This document shows positions 1 to 13,070 of a DNA stretch of 64,000 bases, piece by piece. The position numbers and the translations under genes were made by a program. Origin of the DNA: Octopus sinensis (lineage: Eukaryota); the NCBI RefSeq assembly GCF_006345805.1, contig NC_043000.1, positions 95,666,001 through 95,730,000 on the forward strand, given 5' to 3'. A model generated the notes under the pieces. The model was not told the origin of the DNA, did not search any database, and saw only the letters and a program-made list of their open reading frames with translations. The first letter of the stretch is position 1. Every line of letters starts with the position of its first letter.

Positions 1-164
1 AAAAAAAAAAAAGCAGACAAAAACAAGAAATGCCAAAAATTGACTTATAAACTCGACTGTGGCTGTTTTTGAAATTATGTTTTGGACGAATTTATTCGTC
101 ACACTCTGAAAAAGACAAATTGGGTGAAGACGAGTGAACTCGTCTTTGCTGGGTAAGGGGTTAA
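1..164. mobile_element. End of a piggyBac-type non-autonomous element
   Basis: Ends ...GACGAGTGAACTCGTC...GGGTAAGGGG followed by TTAA (161-164). The GGG+TTAA terminus and subterminal palindrome are typical of piggyBac MITEs. Confidence 0.55.
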
Positions 165-810
165 ATACTGCAGCTGAAATGTGTTTAAACGAAACACATA
201 CATTAAGTATGAGACAACAATAATATTTATATTATTAGAGCTGCTTCCAATTCAAAATTCAATGTTGTTTTACTTGTGTGGTGCTGTTGCACATCAGTAG
301 ATAGATTTTATGCTATCTGTATATACCTCAGGCCAGCAATTTGAATTCATTTCAAGGGTGACTCAAGTATATGGTGCTGATGAGCTGAAATAACAGCAAA
401 ATATCAATTCCCTATTCTCTTTCACCAAAGGGTGTTTGTTTTGTCTGGTTTTGAAGTATACAGTGTTTTTTACACTTAACATCTTAAAAGTGGGGTGGCT
501 TTCCCTGGACAAAATACTTCAGCTGAGAAGTATTTAACCAAAACACATACGTTAAGTATGTGACATCAATAATGTTTATATGTATGTATGTATGTATTTA
601 TCTGGTGCAGTTTAAACCTTAAATAGAGCTCCAAGTGTATTCTCATTTGTGCTATTGTATTCTTATTCTTTGCTATGTATCTTGGGTTAGATTACTTTAT
701 GGAGTACATGTAGAAAATATAACAAAGCATGAGAGATTGCATATAAGATTTAGTAACTTAATATCCTATAAAAAAATTTCTCATTTTTGTTTTATTTTAC
801 ATACACACAC

Positions 811-2038
811 ACACTCGCATGTAAATAGAAATAAATAGACACCCTTATAATCGTTAAACTTTATTTAAATCTGGAATTATACATTCAAATTATTTATTAA
901 TTATTATAATCTGAATTCTAATATTTAGTAGACATACCCTTTTCATTTTTCAATGCAAGGACCCTATTAGGCATGCTACTGATCTGATGATGCATATTCT
1001 CTTGAGGAATTTCTTGCCAAGTTTTATGCAGTAATCTCAAAAGATCTGGCTTTGAAGATGCTTTCTTGTTCTTTTTATGAAGTGCCCTGTCTATCTCCTA
1101 GAGATGTTCAGTAGGGTTCATATCTAGTAACTAGCTTGGCCGTGGAAGCTATTTAATGTCATTCTCATCCAACAAATATTGGGTCGTTTTAGCTATGTGA
1201 CAAGGAGCCCCATCTTCCATAAATAAAGAGTCTTTAATCATTTCACCACTGAAGAAGATTGGAAGGAGTCCTTTCTGCAATATAGACACATATTTATCTG
1301 AGTTTATATTTCTCTAACACTCCATCAGCTCTGATCAACCATTGCTCCCCAGAATAGCTGCCATATTTAATTGTTGGCTTCGATCTTTTTATGTCAAATT
1401 CTGGATCACAGTCTCCAGACCCACACTCGACCATTGTTAGAAAGTACAGCAAATCCGGATTCATCAGAGAATATGACAGTGTCCCAAAATGCTAGTGACC
1501 TTTCCACCATCTCACTGGCCCAATCATTTCCCCTCTTGATATTGGCTGGTCGAAGAAGAGGCTTCTTTGTTGCTGCTCTGCCATAGTAGCCAAGTTTGTG
1601 GCAATACCTGACAGCTGTTCTGGGACTGACATCAACTTGTTCTGCTATGTCAGAGACCTTACAACAAAAATTATCCCCCACATTTCTCTTAACAAAGCAA
1701 ATGGTCCTGTCAGAGGGTCCTGGTCAACCTGGGTGAGGTGATGTGGACTCCTTCCCCTCTCTGGTGAATTGCAAAATCACTCTATTAACTGTAGAAAGCA
1801 GGATCCCAAGGTTTTCTGCAGTTTTACACTAAGTCCACCTTCGGATTAACCTACAATATGGCTTCTTTGAAATTCAGACAGTTCCAAGGTTTTTTTTTTG
1901 TACATAGCATTATCAAATAGTCACCTATAGAACCTGAAACATAAAGATATCAATTAATAAAAGATATAAACCATTTCAATTTAAAATAAGCATGGAACAA
2001 TGTTTATGGGATGTCTATTTACTTCTGTCATGTGCGTG
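811..2038 (-). mobile_element. Decayed Tc1-family DNA transposon in DNAJC12 intron 1
   Basis: Track ORF 1406..1681 has the Tc1 HTH and FWDTVIFSDES motif. Downstream frames give EDGAPCH, DMNPTEHL and MPNRVLALKNEKGMSTKY* (stop 918-920) with internal stops. Imperfect TIRs lie at about 811-844 and 2008-2038, next to TA or CA runs. Confidence 0.88.
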
Positions 2039-2994
2039 TATATATAAAAACATAGGTGTGGTTGTGTGATGAGAAATTTACCTCCCAACCATATAGTGAT
2101 GGGTTCGATCCCACTACATGGTACCTTGGGCAAGTATCTTCTATAGCCCTTGACCAACAAAAGCCTTGTGAATGGATTTGGTAGACAGAAGCTGAAAGAA
2201 GCCCATTGTGAGTGTGTGTGTGTAATACTGTCTCCTTGCTTTGGCTTCATATGATAGTTCTAAACCGAATGTTTCCATCATCCAAGTGGTGTCCATTTCC
2301 AGCCTTCAATAAAAACATGTCTAGTCATGGAGAATATTATTTTACTTGGAAATGGGTGAAGGTTGGTGACAAAAGATTTGAAACTCTTCCTCAATAAGTT
2401 GTCTGACTCATACAAGCAAGGAAAAATAGATGTTAAATAATAATGATGGTGATATATATATATGGTGGGATTCTTTCAGTTTCCACCTACCAAATTTACT
2501 TACAAGTTAATTTGGTTGGTCTGGAGTTATAATCACCCTTCAACCTGTAAAATTTGCTGAGAAATATCAGAGACTCTCTTGAATATCTTCTGGTGAAGAG
2601 ATATTTAACTGTGCTGTCAAACTTCACAGTAATGTTATAAGCAAAAGACGCTTTGCTTATAGAATTCAATACATTCCTGAATAAAATACTTCTAAAGCTA
2701 ACTGCTAGAAGAGGGAAAGTTGTATATTTTCATCCACTTTTCAGTTTAAATGTTAGTTCTATTATTACTTAACCAGTAAACAATTCCCTACTAACCATAA
2801 GTTCCATGAGATTTTTATAAGAGTAATGTTATGGTAAGTTACCACTGTACAGACAGTTTCACTTCTTCCTTATCTAGGATTTATTTGGAGGAAATTAGCA
2901 TAGGTAATCATGCATGATTCTTTACCACATAGCAAATGCCTTATAGTAATACGTACCCTTCAAGTAGTAAATGTTTTCAAAAGTGTGTAGCTAT

Positions 2995-3190
2995 AGTACA
3001 AAATGCTATACAGGCCTCAAAAACAACATGTTAAATCCAGATACAACCAAAATCTTTTTGTTCAGGCATGAAGAGAGAAGAGGCACAACACCACTATCCA
3101 AGTATATCTGGGATCTGAAAAATAAATGTATCTTCTACTTCAGTATTAATGAATATTTTCATTCATCCACATATTACCCATCATATTGTT
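2995..3190 (+). mobile_element. Degenerate Penelope-like element fragment (GIY-YIG endonuclease region)
   Basis: Translation YTGL...FRHEERRGTTPLSKYIWDLKNK resembles the Penelope endonuclease motif FRHE..R.ST.LSKYIW.LK. Confidence 0.6.
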
Positions 3191-3676
3191 AAAATTCTAT
3201 TACGTATGAGTCACTTCAGTGCTTTTTTGTAGCTTTATACTTCAGTATTTAGTTTCATTAACCTTTCTTGGTTTTATGGTACAAGCTTCCTACTTTAAAG
3301 TGATCTAAATTAAAATTTCTCTTCAAAATTTCATACTAATTTATGTTGCAAACATCAGCTTAATAACAGCAAAGTTATTTCGCCCTATTCTTCATTATTT
3401 CAGAAGTTTATTGAAATAAGAGGGTATATTTCCACAGAAATATGGTAACAAAAGGATTAAGTGACTTTTACTGTAAATAACCCAAGAATATTTTCATATC
3501 AAGCTGAACAATATCTGTATTTACAACAATAGCAATTAAAACAATCTTTTGTTTGTGTTCATGTGTATGTTTTGCCTAATTACGCGTAATTACAAAATAT
3601 TTTAAAATTATGTTTACATTATATGTGCTTTTTTCTATAATGTTTTATCAAACATTTTTTGTTTCTATTTCTGCAG

Positions 3677-3755
3677 ATAGAGCAAATCAATGCAGAATAT
3701 AAAGCACGTGTTTTGTCCTGTCATCCAGACAAACATCCCGATGACCCTCAAGCTG
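3677..3755 (+). CDS. DNAJC12: DNAJC12 (J-domain co-chaperone) coding exon 2 of 5, contains the HPD motif
   Basis: ctgcag|ATAGAG...CAAGCTG|gtgag. The 79 nt translate to IEQINAEYKARVLSCHPDKHPDDPQA(+1 nt), matching the DNAJC12 J-domain as recalled (VEQILAEFKVRALECHPDKHPENPKA). The size equals human exon 2 as recalled (79 nt). Not in the ORF track because it is too short. Confidence 0.93.
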
Positions 3756-6309
3756 GTGAGATTATAATGCATATTCACTACTTATACTCATATACATATA
3801 ATGTTATTCCTTAGCTTTCTCAATGGTTTCAGTCAGTTCACTGTGGCAATGTTGGGGTACCATTTTCAAGGGTTTAAGTTGATTACAAGAAAACTGGTAC
3901 TTTATCCTGTACCTTATCAACATCGGAAGAAGAAAAATTATATCCAAGAACGAAGGGAGGCAACTAAGATTGATTGAAATTATTTTCTTTCACGGCTTTT
4001 TTTTTTTTTTTTTTTTGCATAAGTTCTCTTCTATAATATCCTTCACTGACGAATTTAGTTTTTAGACAAGGGCTGATTAGAGTCAGCTATCAGCTGAATG
4101 TAAGAGTTATTGAATAGAGACAGTGTAGAATGGGATAGAAAGGACTTTAGTTTTGTCCAAGGACATGACACCATTTCTAGGTTTGGTGTCATGAGAAAGT
4201 GCACCTAGTTCACTCTGTAAATAAATCGGTATAACTGGAAGTGCATCCAGCTGTAGAAATCATACAAAAAAAAAAAAAAAAGTTTGGAGAGGAATGTGCC
4301 ATCTCTGATACATCAATAGGGAAATAACTCCAAATAAGATCTGACTTGAACTTTGATGAATCATACAACCCATGCCACCATAGAAATGATGGATGATGGT
4401 GGTGTTGGTGATGACAACTGTCTACTCATTGTCATCATCATCATTTAGCATCTGTTTTCCATACTGGCATAGGTTAAAAGGTTTGAATGGAATTGGTAAG
4501 CCAGGGAGCTGTACCAGGTTCTAATCTGATTTTGGCTTGGTTTCTACAGCTAGATGCCCTTCCTAGTGCTAACCATTCCAAGAGTGTAGTGGGTGCTTTT
4601 ACATGTCACTGGCACAAGTGCCTTTTACGTGTCACCAACATTGGTTCCTTTACATGTCACCAGCACAGATGCCTTTTATGTGTCAGAGTTAAATCATACT
4701 GACTAAAGTTAGCAACACCCACAGAATTTTACATTTTCACAACACTTCATAAACCTCCTCCATTCTATCAGCATGATCAAGAGACAAGCCAAGGCAAAAT
4801 ATTGGGTGTTAAATAGTATCACAGGTCACAAGGCCTGGGATCATTGTGATGTTCAGCAGGCCTATCATCATCGTTTTATGTCAGCTGTCCATGTCCTTGC
4901 TGCAATTTGTCAAGAGCTTTCTTTTGATTTTACTATATGATGCAAAAGTCCAACAATTGTTGAGTGACCAATGTTTAATTCTTCAGCAATGTCAAGTCGT
5001 TTTGCATGGAACTGCTTCAGCTATGAGCCTCGGTTGTTATCAGTCTCAGAATGTCATTCATAACCTTCTTTATATTCAGATCTTTCGTCTTCACCATCCA
5101 CAAATGTGGTGATTTTTATGCACGCACGCACACACACACGCACTCACTCACACACACATATCATTGTTGTCATCATTCTTATGGCAGTTTGTTTCAGTGA
5201 TGGCATGAGTGAATTTTATGAAGGCATTGTTCTTCAACAAATGCAACTTTGTGATGCCAACTCTTACTTGAAGTAATAATAAGCTTATAGTATACCATGC
5301 ACTACAACTCATCAGGAAAAGAGGAAGTAGAAAGCAGTAATAAGTCAAGTAAGGACAGACTGCAATGATAATCAAAAGTAGATGCATAGTATGCAGAATA
5401 AGACACAAAAAGATAGGCAACTGAACAATAAAAGAACCACAAAGAAGAAAGAGTGCATAAGCATGTTAAATGTAGTATTTTCGAAAGATGCAGTGGCCTA
5501 ACAATTAACAATGAATGTGGGTAGTTTATTCCAAGTTTCAACAATTCTGAGCTTGGAAAAATGTTTTTGAAAGTCATAGGTGCTGTGTTGTGTTTTTGTT
5601 CTGTTTTTTTTTTTTTTTTCATTTTACAAGGAAGTTCATGGGTGGTAGATGTATTGAATTCAAAAAGCTGACCAAACTTGTTTTTAGGAAAATGGTGGAT
5701 AGTCTTGTTGGCTTCTGCCAAGTCAATTGTTAGGCATCAAAGCTTTAGTTCAGAGAAACAAGACATTCACGATATATCTAAGTGAAATGAAGGAATATAT
5801 TTGTCTGGTTACATGTCTCTGGACAGTTTATTTTCAAGTAAGACCCTTTATTTTCATGTTTTATTTTGTTTGTTTGTTTTTTTACAACATTGAATCATTG
5901 GGCTGCCACATTTTTTTTGTTTATGTGGGACTTCAATTTATCACCACTCCCCTGGTGATGTCAAAGTTAAAAGACACAGACATGTGTGCATCATGCACAT
6001 CCATCCATACACACATACACACACACATCTTACTAAGGTAAATTAAAACTAATATACATAACCATATCTGTATTACAGACATCTATTCTTTCACATGTTT
6101 CAGTCATTTATTGTGGCCATGCTGGGGCAATGCCTTGAAGTTTGAGTCGAATGAATTGACCCCAGCACTTCTTTTTTAAGCCTGGCACTTATTCTAGTGG
6201 GCCCTTTTGTTGAACTGCTAAGTTATGGGAACATAAACACACCAACACTTGTTGTGAAGCAGTGATAGGGGTACACACAGACACAAAGACACTAAAAGAT
6301 ATATATATA

Positions 6310-6740
6310 TGTACCACATGAGTGAGATCGTTGCCAGAGCAACAAGCTGGCCTCCGTGCCGATGGCACGTTAAAAACACCATTCGAGTGTGATCGTTACC
6401 TGCATCGCCTTACTAGCACTTGTGCTGGTGGCACGTGAAAAAACATTCGAGCGAGGTCATTGCCAGTGCCACTGGACTGGCTCCTGTGCAGGTGGCACAT
6501 AAAAAGCACCATTTGAGCGTGGCCGTTGCCAGTACCGCTTGACTGGCCCTTGTGCCGGTGGCACGTACAAAGCACCCACCACACTCTCGGAGTAGTTGGC
6601 GTTAGGAAGGGCATCCAGCTGTAGAAACTCTGCCAGATCAGATTGGAGTCTGGTGCAGCCATCTGGTTTGCCAGACCTCAGTCAAATCGTCCAACCCAAG
6701 CGAGCATGGAAAGCGGACATTAAACGATGATGATGATGAT
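6310..6740 (+). mobile_element. Non-coding RTE-tail element with four diverged ~62-bp units
   Basis: Four related units are followed by the shared tail CACCCACCACACTCTCGGAG...GGAAGGGCATCCAGCTGTAG...AAACGATGATGAT. Confidence 0.85.
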
Positions 6741-6744
6741 ATAT

Positions 6745-6787
<43 letters not shown>

Positions 6788-8374
6788 CATACATACAACA
6801 GGCTTCTTTCAGTTTCTGTCTACCAAATCCACTCACTAGGCTTTAGTTGGGCTGAAGCCATAGTAGAAGACACTTGCCCAAGGTGTCACACAGTGGAACT
6901 GAACTTGTAACTATGTGTTTGGGAAGCAAGCTTCTTACCACACAGCCATGAAGAGAGTGGATAACAGAGACATCTATGTAAACTTTTTTTAACAGTTTCC
7001 TAATTAACTAATTGAAAAAGAAAATCAGTCTTTTTTGAACTGATATAAACACAGGCAGAGTGTTTTGAGTGGCAAATGAAAATAAATAATAAATTTATGA
7101 AGTGTTATAAAGATGAGTTTTTGCATGGGATATCTACATGTGCTTGGAAACAAATGAGAAGTGACATCAAGATGTGTATCTTGCTATAGAAAACTTCTGC
7201 CTCGATATAACATCTTTTGACCCATATGAGCACGAAAAATATAGATGCTATAATGATGATAGTGGTAGTGGTTGTGTGATGGTGGTGGTTGAATGGGAGT
7301 TATGTATTCATCACTGAATGTGTGTTGTGTGTTTAGCAAGACATTAAAACATCACTGCTCTACTTAAGTTGACATTAAGTGCTGACAAGAAATGAATAAA
7401 GAATGTGAATAGTAGAAATGGCTGATATGGAATACTAAACTAGCTAAAACTGATTTTTCAAAAGGCATTTTGCCTTCTGCTTTTTTTTTTTTTTTCAAAC
7501 TCAGATACTCTTTTGTAATTTCTAGCTTCCATTTCTAGTGCCACTCATTAGGATGAAATGTGGGAAGTCTATTTATTATGCAAAAAAAAAAAAAAAGCTC
7601 TGAAGGGATTTTCTTTCAAAGACTATCTTAAATTTAAAATCATTTCTCATCCTTGAAAGAAACTAGGTCATCATCATCATTATCAACATTTAACGTCCAT
7701 TTTTCATGCTGGTATGGATTGAACAACTTTACAGGAACTGGTAAGACCAAGGTCTGCACCAGGTCCTATAGTTTGTTCCATAGAGGTCATTTATAGTAAT
7801 TCATTCATTCATTTAATGTCTATTTTTCCATGCTAGCATGAGTTGGATGAATTCATATTATTGGTGCTTTTTATTACACATTGATGTCCTTCTTGTTCCT
7901 AATACTCAACAGTTTTTAAAATAAGTGAGCTTTTATTTCACATATCTCTGCAAACAAAGTGCTACTAGATGACTTATTGACAGATGCCTGCAAACATCAT
8001 TGTTTTTAGCTCAATACTTTTCAAGTGAAGTGAGGGATCTAAACATTCACACATATACATATATCACACACATACACATATTATGATCAGAGAAACTAAA
8101 GAGAGGAGGGTTGCATGGAAAGGAAAAGTTCTACTGGGCCCTGCCTCTGCTCTTACATGCTCCCCACCATCACCAACTGTAACTGTGGGTTTTATGCCAA
8201 TATGGGCTTAAAATCCAGTTACAGTTATAGTGACAGCCACTCCATAAAAGGCATTTGGTGCTAGTCCCACATAAAAAGCACTGGTATTGGTGCCATGTAA
8301 AAAGCACCCTGTACACTCTGTAAAGTAGTTGGTATTGTGTGAGAATAACTTAGACATTATGAAATAAATAGATT

Positions 8375-9135
8375 TAATAATAATAATGAAACTATTGTAT
8401 ACAGTGCTCAGGTGCACCGCAACTTGTCAAAAGTGCATATAAAGCATATGCAGTAATGTACAAATGTCTGGAAAGTGAACAGTGTGTGAGTCAGATACAT
8501 GCTTGTGTGTGTATGGAGGGGAGAAAATCAGGTGTAGTGTTGGTGAATCTCAGGAAGCATGGAAGTTTTGAAGGATGCAGTGCTCCAACAACTAACAACT
8601 GATGCTGGCAGTTTATTCCATACTTCAGCAACTCTTAGCGTAAAAAAATGTTTCTGAAAGTCATGGGAGCTGTGCTGTTTTCTGACTTTGTAAACATGTC
8701 CAAGGGTGTTAGACAGGTGGAGTTTGAAAAGGTGCTCAGAGTTATTGTTTGTAAGATGGTTAATAATTTTATGGGTGTCTGCCAAGTCAGCTGCCAGATG
8801 TCGGAGTTTCAATGTATCTATGCCCAGGGAAGTAAGGTGTTCAGAATATGGCAAATGCCTGATGGAGGGTATTCTCTTGGTTGCACAACGCTGAACGGTT
8901 TCCAGACGATTAATATCCTGGGCAAGATAGGGGTTCCAGACTGATGATGCAAATTCCAGATGAGATTGCACCATAGCTATATAAAGCCTCAGATGGATAG
9001 CTGGAGAGTGGCTCACAAAGGACTTGGTGAGTGATGCCAAGACACCCTCAGCCTTCTTGGCAATTTTAGCAATGTGTTTTGTCCAACGCAAATTGCTTTG
9101 TCTAAGATCACTTAAAATATTTACAATGAAACATT
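8375..9135 (-). mobile_element. 5'-truncated CR1/L2-clade LINE (ORF2 C-terminus, 3' UTR, (TTA)n tail)
   Basis: The 187-aa ORF 8528..9091 contains LYIAMVQSHLEFASSVWNPY...LETVQRCATKRI...KHFFTLRVAEVWNKLP, typical of the CR1 ORF2 end. An (ATA)n run lies at about 8376-8386. Confidence 0.9.
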
Positions 9136-9684
9136 ATTTAGTTTCTTTTTCTCTAGAAAAAAAGGATTATGATATTCATCCTTCCTGTCTGAAGATGATC
9201 AAATTAACAACTTTACTCTTTGTGGGTTCTTCAACAGTTTATTAGGCCCGTCATCATCATCGAACATCTGTTTCCTATGCTGGCTTTAATTGGAGGGTTC
9301 AACAGGAAGTGATAAGGTCAGGAGCCATACCAGGCTCTCTTGTTTGTTTTGGCATGGTTTCTGCAGCTAGATGCTCTTTCCAATACCAACTACTTTACAG
9401 AGTGTACAGGGTACTTTTTACATGGCACCAGCACCAGTGCTTTTTATGCAGTGGTCGTCACTATAAATATAACTGGATTCTATGCCGGTATTAGCATAAA
9501 ACCTACAGTTACAGTTGGTGGTTGGGAGCATGTAAGAGCAGAGGCAGTAGAATTCTTCTTTTCTATGCAACACTACATCACAGTTAGCGATCTTGAGCAA
9601 GATGTTCCCAAGTAGACTGCTCTAGATAATACACCAAGCATGTCTGGTTCCCTAAGTAGATTCCAGCTGCAACTCCTTACTCCC

Positions 9685-9770
9685 TTAACAGATATTCTTT
9701 GGTGAACTAGCAGTTGGCTCTTAGTCATGTGATGGACCAAAGAGGAGATACAATGACACTCTCAAGATAG
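9685..9770 (+). mobile_element. Old BovB-like RTE ORF C-terminal fragment
   Basis: QIFFGELAVGS*SCDGPKRRYNDTLK resembles the RTE/BovB motif KQLFYGEL..G.RS.GGQKKRYKDTLK. Confidence 0.5.
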
Positions 9771-9882
9771 GAAAAAGTATTAGACATTTGGACTTCCAAT
9801 AATGATTCCAGTTTTCAAAGAGTTTTATAAAAGTATCTTTATTTGTAAATTTCCTCTGAAATGTTCATATTTGTATTTGCAG

Positions 9883-10022
9883 CAAAGAGATTTATCTTAC
9901 TACAAATTGCTAAAGATGTACTTTCATGTCCAGGAAGCAGGAAGAAATATGACCAGTGGCTTAATTCTGGCTTAGCTATATCTTTTAAGGAATGGTGTTC
10001 TATGAATGACAAGACACACTCT
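9883..10022 (+). CDS. DNAJC12: DNAJC12 coding exon 3
   Basis: tttgcag|CAAAG...CACTCT|gtaag. The 140 nt are phase-compatible with exon 2 and read AKRFILLQIAKDVLSCPGSRKKYDQWLNSGLAISFKEWCSMNDKTHS, fitting the J-domain C-terminal helices and the DNAJC12-type YDxWxxS...FxxW motif. Confidence 0.93.
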
Positions 10023-10493
10023 GTAAGTATATACAATTTATGAAATATATTGTGGCTAAAGACGCAGGCATAACTGTATGGTCAAGAAGATTGCTTCCTA
10101 ACTATGGGTCTTGGATTCAGTCATGCTGCACAACACATTTGGCAAGTGTTTTCTACTATAACCCAAGGCTGACCAAAGCCTTGTGAGTAGACTTGGTAGA
10201 TGGAAACTGAAAGAAGCCTCTCTTATATATGTATGTGTATATACATGTGTGTGTGTATCTTTGTGTTTACTCCCCCTTAATAACCAATGCTGGTTTATTT
10301 ACATGCCTGTAACTGAGCAGTCCAACAAAAGTGACCAATAGAATAGACCTGACATAGTAATTTGGGATAGAGAAGAGAAAGTGTGTACCAGGCTTTAAAA
10401 AAATTAAGTACTTTGGTCAATTTGTTTGACTAAACCCTTCAAAGCAGTGTCCCGGCATGGCTGCAGTCCAATGACTAAAGTAAGTAAAAGATA

Positions 10494-10571
10494 CAGGGTT
10501 GGTCAAAAGTTGCACAACCATTTAATATGTAAATATATATTAAAAAGTAGTGTGACTTTTTGGTCCACCCT
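10494..10571. mobile_element. Minimal Tc1/mariner-type TIR element (78 bp)
   Basis: TA|CAGGGTTGGTCAAAAGTTGCAC ... GTGTGACTTTTTGGTCCACCCT. Confidence 0.6.
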
Positions 10572-11564
10572 TTGTGTGTGTGTGCGCGTGCATGCACATG
10601 TGCACATGTGTATGTTTTTGTGTGTGTGTGTGTGTGTAGGTGCATGGCCTAGTGACTAAGGGGCTCCAACTTATTTTATCAGCTCTGAAAGGATGAAAGT
10701 CAAAGTTGATCTGGGCAGAATTTAAAGAGCCAGATGAAATGCCACTAAGCTATTTACCTGATACTTTAACTCTTTAACATTTAAACTGGCCATGCCCAGC
10801 CCAAATATTATACCTGTTTTATGTACAGACTGACCATAGTCGACATCTCATACCTACTTTATGATGTATTAAAAATAACAAACACCTCATCAAAATTTCA
10901 ATACAAAAAGATAACGCATGAGTAATTCAAAACAATCATTTCTACTATAGGCACAAGGCCTGAAATTTGGGGGAGGAGGATAGCGGATTACATTAACCTC
11001 AGTATTCAACTGGTACTTATTTTATCGACCCTGAAAGGATAAAAAGCAAAGTCAACCTCAGCAGAATTTGAACTCAGAACTTAAAAACAGATGAAATGCC
11101 TTTAATTGTTTTGCCTGGCATGCTAACGATTCTGCCAGTAAATAAAAAGGCATTACATTTGACAGAATAATCTGAATACTGAAGGGATAATGATTCTGCC
11201 TGCTCACTGCCTTCAAACATAATAATGATGATAAATTCTAACATTACAGGTGTGGAAGTGTGGTTAAGAAGTCTATTTTAAACCCACAGAGTTCTTGAGT
11301 TCATCTTGCTGCTCAGAACTTTAAGCATACATCTTATACAACAGCCTCATCATGAACAGTGTTTTAATGTCCACTTTTCCATGCTTGCATGGGTCAGGCA
11401 GAATTTGTTGAGGCACCTTTTCCCCTTCAGTTGGATGCCTTTTCCATTGTTAAGCCCCACCTGTTTCCACAACAATACATGTTTTTCCTGGACAAGTGGC
11501 AACAAACACCATCGTTTGTATTGTTTGTTTACAACGATTACATGACGTCAAAACAACTGTATAC

Positions 11565-11571
11565 ACACACG

Positions 11572-11639
<68 letters not shown>
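11565..11639. repeat. (CA)n microsatellite
   Basis: Long CA run seen directly. Confidence 0.97.
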
Positions 11640-11643
<4 letters not shown>

Positions 11644-12679
11644 TAGACCTGATATAGTAATTTGGGATAGAGAAGAGAAACTATGTACAGTTGTAGAAAT
11701 CAGCTGCCCAACGAATGTTAACATAAAGCTAAAGATCAGCAAAAAAGAGAACACCTATGCTGAACTATTGAGGAATGTACAGCTACTCTATCCAGATTAC
11801 AAGTTCAGGTTTATACCTTTAATTATTGGGGCACTGAGATATGTATCACACTGCCTAAATTCCAATCTTGAGAAATTAGGCTTCTCAAAACCAGAAAGGA
11901 GAAAGCCGATTCGAAGACTACAGATCTGAGCCATCACTGGAACTGTAAAACTTTCCAGAAGTTTATCATTTAAGTATATATGAGTTGCATAAGTATACAT
12001 ATATAAAGCAAAACATACAAATCTGCATACATACATGCATATATACAAAAATACTCTGTTGTTGAAATTCCAATGAAGGAACCTTGGATCTAGGTTAGAA
12101 ATTGACCCTTTCTCTATTGGCAAGAAATCTTGAAAGAAAACTGAATAATGATATATATACATATGTGCATACACCTCTTTCAGTTTCCCTCTATCAAATC
12201 TACTCACAAGGTTTTGGTTCTACAACCTGCAGCTATTGTAGAAGACATTCGCTCAGGATGCCACACAATGTGAATGAACCTAAAACCATGTAGTTGGGAA
12301 GCAAACTTCTTAACCACACAGCCATACCTGAGCCTAAGTAGCTTTATGAATTTATTTTCACCTGTGAATTTATTTTCACCTAAAAACTTACTTTCGTTAT
12401 CTACCACTTAGGATAAAAGATTACTTTTTTTTTCTTTTTTCTCTAGCATGGCCTTGACTGTGATAACTAAAACTACACATTGTATTTTTTATTTACTATA
12501 TCCTGTTTATTTACACAATAACGCCGGCATGGGTCTTTGCATGGGAAGCTCATTTTGTGGGTTCAGTAGCCAACCAATGCCTATGAACATCACAACAAAC
12601 ATACGATCTATTCATAAATACTCTGAAGCTTATAATGTGCATGATGGCTTAACAGAGAATCTTGCCTCTCGCAATATAC

Positions 12680-13070
12680 TCTTTTACTTGTTTTAATCAT
12701 TTGATTGTGGCCATGCAGGAGCACCGCTTTTAGTCGAGCAAACTGACCTCAGGACTTATTGTTTGTAAGCCTAGTACTTATTCTATCGGTCTCTGTTGCC
12801 GAACCGTTAAGTTACGGGGACGTAAACACACCGGCATCGGTTGTCAAGCGATGCTGGGGGGGGGGCAAACACAGACACACAAACATATACACACACATAC
12901 ATATATACGACGGGCTTCTTTCAGTTTCCGTCTGCCAAATCCACTCACAAGGCTTTGGTCGGCCCGAGGCTATAGTAGAAGACACTTGCCCAAGGTGCCA
13001 CGCAGTGGGACTGAACCCGGAACCATGTGGTTCGTAAGCAAGATACTAACCACACAGCCACTCCTACGCC
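12680..13070 (-). mobile_element. Full-length, relatively young tRNA-derived SINE (major family of this genome)
   Basis: tRNA-like head (GGAGTGGCTGTGTGGT...GGTTCCGGGTTCAGTCCC), body ACCTTGGGCAAGTGTCTTCTACTATAGCC...GAAAGAAGCCCGTCG, central (TA/TG)n and tail ...GAAACAAGTAAAAGA. CpGs are mostly intact. Confidence 0.9.

Noticed and set aside
1-3676. First coding exon of DNAJC12
   Set aside because: I found no DYY.LLGCDE-like segment followed by a phase-0 donor. It probably lies upstream of the window.
5148-6041. Short track ORFs of 90-139 aa, and most other 60-120 aa ORFs in the track
   Set aside because: They have low-complexity F/L/I/Y/C-rich composition typical of AT-rich non-coding DNA, SINEs or microsatellites, with no splice or homology support.
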